In this document: piece after piece, positions 20,669-31,955 of the stretch
Layout of the letters: every line of letters begins with the position of its first letter
Position numbering within the stretch: the stretch's first letter is position 1
Assembly: GCA_052146595.1 (NCBI GenBank)
Contig: JBKQMT010000009.1
Location: forward strand, 9,484-73,483
Length of the DNA stretch: 64,000 bases
Source of the DNA: Acidimicrobiales bacterium
GTDB taxonomy: Bacteria > Actinomycetota > Acidimicrobiia > Acidimicrobiales > Bog-793
Direction of reading: 5' to 3'
Notes under the pieces: generated by a model
What the model was told of the DNA's origin: nothing
What the model saw: the letters and a program-made list of their open reading frames with translations, nothing else
The model's database searches: none
Translations under genes and position numbers: made by a program

Positions 20669-22015
20669 TCACGAAGCCGCCGACAGCGGGGGGAGCACAG
20701 CCTCTATGGCTTCGTCGAGCCTGCCCTGGCCTTCTAGGAAGTCGAGCACGGTGTAGCGGGGCCGGATCCGGTTCGCCCATCGGAAGGACGCTCTCAGCGT
20801 CGCGGCGTCAAGACCGAGGAACCCGGGCTGAGGCGGGATGCTCGCCACCGACAGCGCCTCGGCGACGAGGGGGAACACGTCCATCGCCTCGCCGACCTGG
20901 TCTTGCACCGACTCCCAGTCCGAGGCCGTCTTGGGCCATGCACATACGTGCTCGGCAAGGAACCGGCGCCGTTCTTCCACGACGGCTTCGACCTGCGCCC
21001 CATGGCCGGCGAACCACGAGTCCACCTCCCCGTCGAGGGTGACCGGCCGGGGTGGGATCAGCGCTCGTATCGGCCCGCCAAAGGCGTACCGCTCCAGGTC
21101 CATCGCGAAGTGGGTGGCGTATCCCACCTGGAGGCCGTGCGAGGCGTGAGGGCGTCGATGGTTCGCGGCGAGAAGGTCCCAGAAGTGCGACACCTGGTGC
21201 TCGCAGCCGCTCGCGGGCCGGGAATTACCGACCATCGCGATGGCGATGCCGGATTCGACGAGCCCCCGTAGCAGCCCCGAGACCGCCTCCGGAGAGCCAC
21301 CGAGGATGTCTGTGACATGGGTGGCGGCCCCGACGAAGGACTCCGTCATGCGGCGCTCGACCTCGGGGCAGAGATACTCGCCGTAAAGGGCGTGGGACGC
21401 CCGCCAATCGGTGCCTGCGGACGCCTTGCCGAGCAGGTCGCCGATGCCGGCTCGAGTCATGTCGATCGGTGCAGCGGCGATGGTGAGAGGCTCGGCGAAG
21501 ATCGCCACCGGGGAAACGGCCGGGTAGGTCGTCTTCATGCCCCCGAACTCCATGGCCGCGGCGCTCGAGGCGTACCCGTCCATCGAGGCCGCAGTAGGAA
21601 CGCTCACGAAGTCACGTGCTATGCGATTCGCGACGTACCGGGCGAGGTCGGTGATCACCCCAGAGCCGACCGCGAAGATCGAGTCGCTCTCCCCTTGCTT
21701 CAGCGCCGCCTCGAGGCGCGACACGTTCCTCTCGTCGGCGAGCAGGCCGCTGCGCTCTGGATAGCAAAACATCGTGACGCGCATATTCGCGCTCGACAGC
21801 TCCTCGACGACGCGCGATCCCGCCACCTCCTCGGTGTTCGCGTCCATGACGACGAACGGCCGCGACCACCGGCGGCTCACGGCGTAGGCGACGAGGCGCT
21901 CGAAGGCACGGTCGTCGATCACGACCTCGTCGATCGGGACGTGATGGACCGCGCCGCAGACACAACTGTCCTCCGGCGGGGACCCCGGTTCGATTCGAAT
22001 GACCATGGACCTCAC
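20669..22015 (-). CDS. Iron-ADH-fold dehydrogenase, sn-glycerol-1-phosphate dehydrogenase (AraM)-like
   Basis: 448 aa. FAVGSGVITDLARY (nucleotide-binding glycine motif), PTAASMDGYASS and MTRAGIGDLLGK match the G1PDH/AraM (Fe-ADH_2) family pattern. The start is either GTG 22015 or ATG 22006. Confidence 0.6.
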   Translation of the reverse strand: MRSMVIRIEPGSPPEDSCVCGAVHHVPIDEVVIDDRAFERLVAYAVSRRWSRPFVVMDANTEEVAGSRVVEELSSANMRVTMFCYPERSGLLADERNVSRLEAALKQGESDSIFAVGSGVITDLARYVANRIARDFVSVPTAASMDGYASSAAAMEFGGMKTTYPAVSPVAIFAEPLTIAAAPIDMTRAGIGDLLGKASAGTDWRASHALYGEYLCPEVERRMTESFVGAATHVTDILGGSPEAVSGLLRGLVESGIAIAMVGNSRPASGCEHQVSHFWDLLAANHRRPHASHGLQVGYATHFAMDLERYAFGGPIRALIPPRPVTLDGEVDSWFAGHGAQVEAVVEERRRFLAEHVCAWPKTASDWESVQDQVGEAMDVFPLVAEALSVASIPPQPGFLGLDAATLRASFRWANRIRPRYTVLDFLEGQGRLDEAIEAVLPPLSAAS

Positions 22016-22024
22016 TGCCCTGAG

Positions 22025-22057
22025 AGCAACTCTCGCTGGCCTAGCAACTCTCGCTGG
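22025..22057. repeat. 15-bp direct repeat x2 (AGCAACTCTCGCTGG), 18-bp period, just upstream of the AraM-like gene
   Basis: Exact copies at 22025-22039 and 22043-22057, separated by CCT. They begin 10 nt upstream of the GTG at 22015. Confidence 0.8.
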
Positions 22058-22231
22058 GAGCAGACGGATTCAGCGACCCGACGCCGGCTTGCAGGATCCG
22101 CTCCGGGCAGCAAGAGGATAGGTCTTGGCTCGGGACCTGCCGCCTTCGTGGATCGTGGCATGCCATCTGACACAGACAACCGTCACTCCTCATCAGCTGC
22201 TCAGCTCTTGGTCCCGAGCCTGAAACGGCCG

Positions 22232-23197
22232 TCATCCCCACCTGGCAACTTCCAGGTGGCCGTTGGCGACGAGCCAGGCGAGCGAGCCCTGGACCGCCTC
22301 GAGCGACGAGTACGCCGGGGTGTAACCGAGGAGGCGCTTTGCCTTGTCGATGCTCATGGACGGACTGTGTGCAATATGGTCCCAGGTCGTCTGGGAGGCG
22401 GCTTCCGTCACGCTCTTTCTCCACGCCTCCCAGCCAAGGAAGGCGAGGCGGCTCGGTTGGCCGAAGAACTCTGCGATCGCTTCCGCATAGCCTCGAAGGG
22501 TTATCGCACGCTCGGATGTCACGTGGAAGGACTCGCCCGCGGCCACATCCGGGCGCTCGACAGCCAAAGCGAAGGCCTGCGCCACGTCGTCAGCATGCAC
22601 GTGGTGAAGCGTCTCCATCCCGAGGTTGGGAAGGGTCAGCTCTTCACCAGAAGCCAGGCGTTCGAATACGGACAACTCACCGTTCGCCGCCGGGTTCACC
22701 GGCACCCAGCCCTGTCCGACGATGTGCCCGGGGTGGAGCAGAGCGACTGGCACTCCTCCGCTCCGGCTCTCCTCCAAGAGGAGGTCCTCAATCGCCGCCT
22801 TGGCCTTCCCGTAATGGCCGAAGGGCCTGCGGGGGGCGTCCTCGGTCGTCGGCACCAGAACGCTCGGGCCGTGCACCCATATGGTGCCGCAGTGCACGAG
22901 GTAGGTCCTCTGGGGTCGCAGCGCCTCGACAAGCTGCCGGGCCGAGTCGACCTCGAAGCAGATCAAGTCGATCACCGCATCAGCCTCAAGCTCGGCCACT
23001 CGCCGACCGAACGTGCCAGCAGCTTCCTCGGCGTCCCGGTCGACCGTCTCGTTCACCACCTCTGCCCAGCTCGGGTGTCCACCGTAGCGAGGAAGCCCAT
23101 GGCGGCTCAGGGCTATCACCTCATGGCCCGCCTCCACGAGCCGCGGAACGAGACAGCCACCTATGTGCCCTGTTGCTCCGATGACCACTATCCGCAT
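22232..23197 (-). CDS. NAD-dependent epimerase/dehydratase family protein
   Basis: MRIVVIGATGHIGGCLV Rossmann GxxGxxG motif at the N-terminus (ATG 23197). SDR-extended-like length of about 320 aa. Confidence 0.8.
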   Translation of the reverse strand: MRIVVIGATGHIGGCLVPRLVEAGHEVIALSRHGLPRYGGHPSWAEVVNETVDRDAEEAAGTFGRRVAELEADAVIDLICFEVDSARQLVEALRPQRTYLVHCGTIWVHGPSVLVPTTEDAPRRPFGHYGKAKAAIEDLLLEESRSGGVPVALLHPGHIVGQGWVPVNPAANGELSVFERLASGEELTLPNLGMETLHHVHADDVAQAFALAVERPDVAAGESFHVTSERAITLRGYAEAIAEFFGQPSRLAFLGWEAWRKSVTEAASQTTWDHIAHSPSMSIDKAKRLLGYTPAYSSLEAVQGSLAWLVANGHLEVARWG

Positions 23198-23335
23198 CCG
23201 ACCCCCGATCTTGAGCACCCGCGCGGCCAACGTTAGTGAGTCTTCCCGGGCCCCACACTGCGGATCCCGTTGGCCGAGCTGACAAGGCCCAGCTCATCGC
23301 TGGAGGCGCCAAAAGTGCGGGCGACGGTCGCTTCG

Positions 23336-23821
23336 TTACCCGAGCCGCAAGGTGATGAAGGCTGTCTCGTGGTCAGGGAGAAGGTTACGGGAGACCTCTA
23401 CGAACCCGTGGCGAAGAGCGAATCGTAGGCCGTCGATATTCGACGCCAGAACGATGGTCTCAACTGCAGCCCCACCGAGGTCGCGTGCGGCCTCCATAGC
23501 CTCGACAAAGAGCTCCTGGCCGTAGCCGCGTCCGCGATGCTCGGGCAATACCCGGACAATGACCGTGACGTTGCCTACGTCGTCGAGAGGTCTTACGGTT
23601 GCGCACCCGATCAAGCGGTCACCGGCGTAGGCGACCGTCAGGCGATTGCAGCCGACCCGTTCTTGTACCTCACCCCGAGTCAGCGGTGCTGTGTGGATCA
23701 CGACATTGTGCACGTGCCGCCAGTCCTCGATAGTGGCCTCCGTCACTTCCACGATCGTGAGAGCCGAGGCAGATGCAGGTGCGGGCAGGGGGCTTGGTGA
23801 GTCGGGCATGATGCTGAACAT
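23336..23821 (-). CDS. GNAT-family N-acetyltransferase
   Basis: VLPEHRGRGYGQELF is the acetyl-CoA-binding R/QxxGxG/A motif. 161 aa. Confidence 0.75.
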   Translation of the reverse strand: MFSIMPDSPSPLPAPASASALTIVEVTEATIEDWRHVHNVVIHTAPLTRGEVQERVGCNRLTVAYAGDRLIGCATVRPLDDVGNVTVIVRVLPEHRGRGYGQELFVEAMEAARDLGGAAVETIVLASNIDGLRFALRHGFVEVSRNLLPDHETAFITLRLG

Positions 23822-23829
23822 TCCATCAC

Positions 23830-23960
23830 GCGCGATGCGGGCGACCTACCGATTCGACTGGGAGCATCAGACCGGGCAGCGCTTCGACTCCCTGCTCGAG
23901 GCCGAGATCCTTATCGAGGACTGGCGCATGGACCACACCGCCAACCGACCGGCGCCGGCC
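23830..23960 (+). pseudogene. Remnant of a transposase (integrase-core C-terminus, IS3/IS481-like)
   Basis: The + frame reads ..FDSLLEAEILIEDWRMDHTANRP.. (23883-23951). This resembles the conserved F-SL-EA---IE-WR--YN--RPH tail of DDE transposases. There is no upstream catalytic domain and no intact ORF. Confidence 0.5.
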
Positions 23961-24300
23961 AGCCGCTTGACCGAGCCGTCGGCACAAGCTGCAAGCGGTA
24001 CCAGGAGAGGGGAGATGCGGGATCGCTCCCTCCCACCGAGCTACGAGTCCTGCCCCTCGACACCGAGGTGTCAGCACACCTCGGGGATGTTTCTCTGCAC
24101 GAGCAGCCCATACAGGGGTTCCGGCACCGGTGGACCTTTTCGAATCCCTAGTCTCCGTCGAGACGTGTACGCGGCCGACGAAGCTCCCTCTCCCAAAGGG
24201 TCTTTCGCCTCTACAGGCGAGCCTACTCACAGAGGCTAGGCTGGTCGATCGTTCAAAGAAGCGCATCGATACAGCGTACGTATATGAAGGAGGGAATACC

Positions 24301-25326
24301 ATGTATATGGATTTAAGGAGAAGGGTAATCCTCGTGCTCGCTTCGGCCGGCATTGCGCTCGGTACCGCTGCTTACGCTAGCACCGCTTCGGCCACAACGA
24401 TCCTGGCACGCTCACAATCATCGCCGCGAAGCCTAACGACCTTGAAGGTAGCTCTTGTCGCGCCGAGCGCGACAAATGACCTCAACTGGACGCAGAGCAT
24501 CTATGCAGCGCTCGAGAGCCTCAAGAGTTCCGAACACCTGCAAATCGCCGTCTCAGAAAACGAGTACGAGACAACTGTCGCGGCTGACATTCTCGAAGAG
24601 TATGCAGCCAAAGGTTATAATCTTGTTATCGCTCACGGTTCGCAGTACGGGTCTACTATCGAGCAGTTAGCACCGAAGTTCCCGAAAGTCTCCTTTGCTT
24701 GGGGTACCGCGGGTGCGACTTTCGGTCTTCGTAATGTTTTCGCCTACGAAGCCGCCGCCAATGAGGGTGGCTACGTTCAGGGCTATATGGCGGCGGAGCT
24801 GAGCAAGGGTAATGTGCTCGGGGTATGTGGCCCGATCGCAGCCGGTGACGACAAGCTCTATATCGACGGCTACGCTGCCGGTGCAATGGCCGCAAAGAAG
24901 TCCATGGTGGTCCACAAGGTCTACACTGGCTCCTACAGCGACGACAGTCTCATGGAAACATGCGCGAAGACGTTCGTAGCAGATGGCGTCAGTGTTCTTT
25001 CCGCCACGACACAATCCTCCGTCGGCGCCCTCGGCGTAGCCCGCAACGACGACCTGCCCTTCTTCGGCAACGACTGGTCGATGGCGAGCCTAGCTCCGCA
25101 CAATGTCGTCTCTTCGGAGGTCTACAACTGGTCGCCGATTCTGGAGAACATGTTCACAGACATCCGAGGCGGCACGCTCGGCGGGGCGACCTTCGTCATC
25201 GATCTCGGCAACGGCGGTGAGAAGATTGACTTCAACTCCCGTTACGCCCTTCCTGGCCCGATAAAGACGCAAGGGAAGAAGCTGATCGCCGAGATCACCG
25301 ACGGGAACATCACTCCTCCGCAGTAG
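24301..25326 (+). CDS. BMP-family (PnrA/Med-like) ABC transporter substrate-binding protein, orphan
   Basis: ATG 24301 has GAAGGAGGG upstream. Signal peptide MYMDLRRRVILVLASAGIALGTAAYASTASA. The KVALVAPSATNDLNWTQS and VIAHGSQYG blocks are BMP-like. No permease or ATPase gene is nearby, and the DNA is visibly more AT-rich than its surroundings. Confidence 0.75.
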   Translation: MYMDLRRRVILVLASAGIALGTAAYASTASATTILARSQSSPRSLTTLKVALVAPSATNDLNWTQSIYAALESLKSSEHLQIAVSENEYETTVAADILEEYAAKGYNLVIAHGSQYGSTIEQLAPKFPKVSFAWGTAGATFGLRNVFAYEAAANEGGYVQGYMAAELSKGNVLGVCGPIAAGDDKLYIDGYAAGAMAAKKSMVVHKVYTGSYSDDSLMETCAKTFVADGVSVLSATTQSSVGALGVARNDDLPFFGNDWSMASLAPHNVVSSEVYNWSPILENMFTDIRGGTLGGATFVIDLGNGGEKIDFNSRYALPGPIKTQGKKLIAEITDGNITPPQ

Positions 25327-25336
25327 ACGAGCCAGC

Positions 25337-25404
25337 CGCTGGGCCACGCCCTTGGCGGGTGGAAAGGCGCTCGTCGCTGGGCCACGCCCTTGGCGGGTGG
25401 AAAG
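25337..25404. repeat. Tandem repeat, 38-bp period, two copies sharing an exact 30-mer
   Basis: CGCTGGGCCACGCCCTTGGCGGGTGGAAAG occurs at 25337-25366 and again at 25375-25404. Each copy can form an imperfect CCACGCC/GGCGGGTGG hairpin. Confidence 0.85.
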
Positions 25405-25659
25405 ACTCGTCGAGGTTTGAGACTCGAACAGGACCGCCTGACAAGCGCGCGGGCTCTAGGTGGTCCGGACTTCCGCGTTGGGCGGCTAGAGGTCCTGCTC
25501 GAGGACCACGTGGCCTTGGTGGCTGTCCTGTGCGCGGGGACGCGCGGTTGCCGCCGGCTCCGACGCGACGGCCGGCGAAAGACCGGGGAACGGCTTCAGT
25601 TCTGCTGCGGCAATGACAACGACGCAACTGGGCCAAGACTGCTACCAGGGCTTTTCCGG

Positions 25660-25733
25660 TGGGGCTACTCAGACTCGAACTGAGGACCTCAGCATTATCA
25701 GTGCTGCGCTCTAACCAGCTGAGCTATAGCCCC
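25660..25733 (-). tRNA. tRNA-Ile (anticodon GAU)
   Basis: Reverse strand reads GGGGCTATAGCTCAGCTGGTTAGAGCGCAGCACTGATAATGCTGAGGTCCTCAGTTCGAGTCTGAGTAGCCCCA. The cloverleaf is perfect: acceptor 7 bp, D stem GCTC/GAGC, anticodon stem CAGCA/TGCTG with loop CTGATAA, T stem CTCAG/CTGAG. CCA is not fully encoded (the next bases are CCG). Confidence 0.95.
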
Positions 25734-25791
25734 GACGAAACGGTCACGCTACACCAATCACGTCGCGAACCCTGAAGCGACCTAACTCAGA

Positions 25792-28302
25792 TCAACGGAT
25801 CGGCAGCCGGGGCTGGGCAGCAGGGGCCTCGGTCTCCTGGGGTACCTTGGTCACCGCGGCAACCGTCTGGCCGTCGTCGAGGTTCATGATCCTGACACCT
25901 GTCGCGTCCCTGCCTTGAGCTGCGATCTCCCGCACGGAGGTGCGGATCATCACGCCTGCTGAGGAGACGACGATGATCTCGTCCTCGAGGGACACCATGA
26001 GGGCTGCGACGACGGCTCCTCGCCGTTGGGTGAGCCTGATGCCCCGCACGCCTTGACCGCCCCGGGTCTGGGAGTTGAAGTGGTCGAGCTTGGTGCGCTT
26101 GCCATAGCCGGCGTCGGTGACGATCAGGAGGTCCACTCCGTCGCGAGCCACGTCGCACGACACGACTTCGTCGCCTGCGCGTAGGCGCATCCCCCGGACA
26201 CCGGCCGTGCTGCGGCCCATGGGCCGAACCTCGGACTCTGCGAAACGGATGGCCGTGCCGTGCCTGGACACCATCAGCAGGTCGTCGTTCCCGCCTGTGC
26301 GGACGACCCGGACGAGCTCGTCGCCTTCGTTCAGGTTGATGGCGATGAAGCCCTCACGCCGCGACTTGTCGTACTCGGAGAAGGCCGTCTTCTTCACGTG
26401 GCCGCTCTTGGTGGCGAACACAAGGTACTCGTCGGGATCGAATGTCCGGGTCTCGACGATGGCTTGGATGCTCTCCCCCGGCTCCAGTGGGAGGAGGTTG
26501 ACTATCGGCGTTCCCCGGGCGTTGCGCTCCTTTACGGGAACCTCGTGCGCCCGCAGCCGGTAGACCTTCCCCCGATTGGAGAACAGGAGCAGGTGCGAGT
26601 GCGCAGTCGTGTGGAGGACCTGGTCGATGAGGTCCTCCTCTTTCAGCTTGGTGCCCTGCACCCCGCGGCCACCGCGTGCCTGAGCCCGGAAGGCGTCGGC
26701 TGGGACTGCCTTTATGTAGCCCGCGTGGGTGAGGGTGACAACGATCTCTTCGTCCTCGATGAGGTCCTCTACGAAGAGCTCGCCCGGATCGTGAACGATG
26801 CGGGTACGTCGTGGTTCGGCGTGTTGCTGCTTGATTGCCTCGAGCTCCGAGGAGATCACGGCACGAAGCCGGGCAGGGTCGCCCAGGATCGCCTCGAGCT
26901 CCGCAATCGTCTCCCTCAGCTGGGCCATCTCGGTCTCGAGCTCACTGCGGCCGAGCCGCGTCAGCCGGCCGAGGGTCATGTCGAGAATGTGGTTTGCCTG
27001 TTCTTCGCTGAAGGAGAACGGCTCTTGCATCAGATTCGTCCGCGCCTCAGGACGGTCCGCCGAGGCACGTATTCTCGCGATCACCGCATCGAGCATGTCG
27101 ATGGCACGAAGCAGGCCTTCGACGATGTGGGCACGCGCCAGTGCCTTGCGGAGCCGGAATTGCGATCGCCGCGTGACGACTTCCACCTGGTGCGCCACAT
27201 AGGCGGAAAGAGCCTGGGCGAGATTCAAAAGCCGCGGCACGCCGTCTACGAGAGCCAGCACGTGCACACCGAAGGTGGACTGGAGGGGCGTGTGCTTGTA
27301 GAGGTTGTTCAGCACGACGTTGGCGTTCGCATCCCGCTTCAAGGTGATGACCAGGCGTGACACGCGTCCGGCCGAGTCGTTCTGCACACTGCTGATTCCC
27401 GTCAGCTCACCAGAGTCGATGGCGTCGGCGATCTTCATCTCTATGCCCGCCACCGAGGTCTGGTACGGGATCTCCGTGACGATGATCTGGTCAGCGCCCG
27501 AACGCGACTCGGTGATCTCCGCCACCGCGCGCAGCTTGACCGAGCCGCGTCCGGTCCGGTAGGCGTCAATCAGCCCAGCCCGCCCGAGAATCAGTGCCCC
27601 GGTAGGGAAATCGGGTCCCTTGACGAAACGCATCAGCTCGTCCGGCGTCGCCTCGGGGTGCTCGAGCAGGTGCAAGGTCGCGTCGATGACCTCACCGAGG
27701 TTGTGGGGCGGAATGTTAGTGGCCATGCCGACGGCGATGCCCTGGGACCCGTTGACCAAGAGGTTCGGGAAGCGCGCGGGCAGGACGACGGGTTGAACCT
27801 CGTTGCCGTCGTAGTTGGGGATGAAATCGACGGTCCCCTCGTCGATGCCGTCGAGCAGCGCGAGCGCTAGCGGAGCGAGCCGGCACTCGGTGTAGCGCAT
27901 CGCGGCGGGGCCGGCGTCGGGTCCCGGAGCACCGAAGTTCCCGTGACCGTCGATGAGCGGATGCCGAAGGCTGAAATCCTGGGCCATGCGGGCCAGGGCG
28001 TCGTAGATCGCCAGGTCGCCATGCGGGTGGAAGCGCCCCATCACGTCGCCCACGACCTTGGCGCACTTGGCATGGGGTCGGTCGGGACGCAGCCCAGTGT
28101 CCGACATCCCGTAAAGGATCCGGCGGTGGACCGGTTTCAGGCCGTCTCGGACGTCGGGGAGCGCCCTCGAGACGATGACCGACATGGAGTACTCGAGAAA
28201 GGAGCGCTCCATCTCCTCTTGGATCTCGATCGGCTCGATCGCACCGACCACGGCGCCGCCGTCACCGGGTGCATCCGAGTTGTTCCCGTTACCTCGTGCC
28301 AT
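25792..28302 (-). CDS. gyrA: DNA gyrase subunit A
   Basis: [52 protein letters not shown] and repeated C-terminal beta-pinwheel blades. ATG 28302 has GGAGG 11 nt upstream; the track start GTG 28311 is too close to the SD. Confidence 0.95.
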   Translation of the reverse strand: MARGNGNNSDAPGDGGAVVGAIEPIEIQEEMERSFLEYSMSVIVSRALPDVRDGLKPVHRRILYGMSDTGLRPDRPHAKCAKVVGDVMGRFHPHGDLAIYDALARMAQDFSLRHPLIDGHGNFGAPGPDAGPAAMRYTECRLAPLALALLDGIDEGTVDFIPNYDGNEVQPVVLPARFPNLLVNGSQGIAVGMATNIPPHNLGEVIDATLHLLEHPEATPDELMRFVKGPDFPTGALILGRAGLIDAYRTGRGSVKLRAVAEITESRSGADQIIVTEIPYQTSVAGIEMKIADAIDSGELTGISSVQNDSAGRVSRLVITLKRDANANVVLNNLYKHTPLQSTFGVHVLALVDGVPRLLNLAQALSAYVAHQVEVVTRRSQFRLRKALARAHIVEGLLRAIDMLDAVIARIRASADRPEARTNLMQEPFSFSEEQANHILDMTLGRLTRLGRSELETEMAQLRETIAELEAILGDPARLRAVISSELEAIKQQHAEPRRTRIVHDPGELFVEDLIEDEEIVVTLTHAGYIKAVPADAFRAQARGGRGVQGTKLKEEDLIDQVLHTTAHSHLLLFSNRGKVYRLRAHEVPVKERNARGTPIVNLLPLEPGESIQAIVETRTFDPDEYLVFATKSGHVKKTAFSEYDKSRREGFIAINLNEGDELVRVVRTGGNDDLLMVSRHGTAIRFAESEVRPMGRSTAGVRGMRLRAGDEVVSCDVARDGVDLLIVTDAGYGKRTKLDHFNSQTRGGQGVRGIRLTQRRGAVVAALMVSLEDEIIVVSSAGVMIRTSVREIAAQGRDATGVRIMNLDDGQTVAAVTKVPQETEAPAAQPRLPIR

Positions 28303-28378
28303 GAACCGCACTGCCTCCGCTACTTGTCTTGAGAATCGGGCCCTGCCGACCCCCTACCGGCCGGAGCCGCGCCGAGGA

Positions 28379-30853
<2,475 letters not shown>

Positions 30854-30857
<4 letters not shown>

Positions 30858-31939
30858 TGCTGGAGCCTACCGCCGACCAGCTTGGCCACGAGCTTGGGAA
30901 CCGCCCCGGGGGGCAGCTCGCCCGCAGTGGTCAGGAGCGCCTGACCTGCGGGCAGCTCGCCTACGAGTGCCCGGGCCGTTCCTTCGTCCAGCTCGGAGAA
31001 GGCGTCGTCGAGGAGCAGTACCGGCGCGGCACCTGTGATCTCCGTCATGAGGCGGTGGCTCGCGAGTCGAAGCGAAAGGGCGACACAGCGCTGGCGTCCC
31101 TGTGAGAGCCGGGTGCGGGCGTCAAGCCCGCCCGCTTCGAGTTCGAGCTCGTCACGTTGCGGACCGACGGTCGTGGTCGCACGGCGCAGGTCCTCGACTC
31201 GCGAAGCGACGAGGGCGTCGCGCAACGTCCCCTTCCAGGAGCGCTCATAACGCATCTCGAGGCGGCCGGCCTCGCCAGCGAGGACCAAGAAGGCTTCGGC
31301 GGCATGCGGTGAGAGAGCAGCCACAATCCCCGAGCGGGAAGAAGCGAGGCGCTCACCGACCTGGGCCAACCGCTCGTCCCAGATATCCAGCGTCGTCGCC
31401 GCGTCCGAACCCAGACGGCCGCCGAGCTGGCGCAAGAGGGCGTTGCGGTGCCTGAGCACACGGTCGAGCGCGGCCCGGTCAGCGCCGAGGCGGGGATGTG
31501 ACCCGGCAAGTACCTCGTCAAGGAAGTCGCGCCGGCCGGCCGGCGGGCCCTTGACGAGCACGAGATCATCCGGAGTGAACAATGTCGTCCGTAGTACTTC
31601 GAGGAGCCCTCGTGTGCCGGGCACTCTCTGCCCGTTGTGCCAAGCCCGGTCGCGCCGGCCGGTCAGCACGTCCACCTCGATCTCCACCTTGCGCTTTCCG
31701 ACCAAGACGTCGCAGCGCACCTTCGCCTCGCTTGTGCCTTGCCGCACAACTGCCTCACGGGGCACCCCCCGAAAGGACTGAAGTGTGGAACAGTACGCGA
31801 TGGCCTCGAGAAGGCTCGTCTTTCCGGCGCCGTTCTCACCTTGCACCACGGTCAACCCGTCAGGTGACGGGCGAAACTCGACGGTTTCGAAGTTGCGGAA
31901 ATCGTGCAGCTCGAGCCGCACGACAACCGTCTCGTCCAT
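30854..31939 (-). CDS. recF: DNA replication and repair protein RecF
   Basis: L.L.DFRNFE, Walker A GENGAGKTSLLEAI, signature SQGRQRCVALSLRLA, Walker B VLLLDDAFSELD. Confidence 0.93.
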
Positions 31940-31955
31940 CTGGGAATCTGAGCTC

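Noticed and set aside
18812-20737. 641-aa + ORF; similarly 21317..23236 (639 aa) and 17702..18604 (300 aa)
   Set aside because: All are antisense to well-supported genes (araB, the AraM-like gene, the NAD epimerase, URO-D-like 1) and have no motifs.
25411-25470. Possible second tRNA gene downstream of tRNA-Ile
   Set aside because: The TTCGAGT loop is present, but the flanking pentamers (TCCTG and CTCAA) are not complementary, and no acceptor or anticodon arms can be drawn. I treat it as a degenerate fragment; see the finding on this region.
25463-25474. Reverse-strand GGAAGUCCGGAC resembling the RNase P RNA P4 motif (GAAAGUCCGGGC)
   Set aside because: Only this 12-mer is similar. The other universally conserved RNase P RNA blocks are absent, and the free space (about 330 nt, partly tandem repeat) does not fit the ~400-nt RNA.
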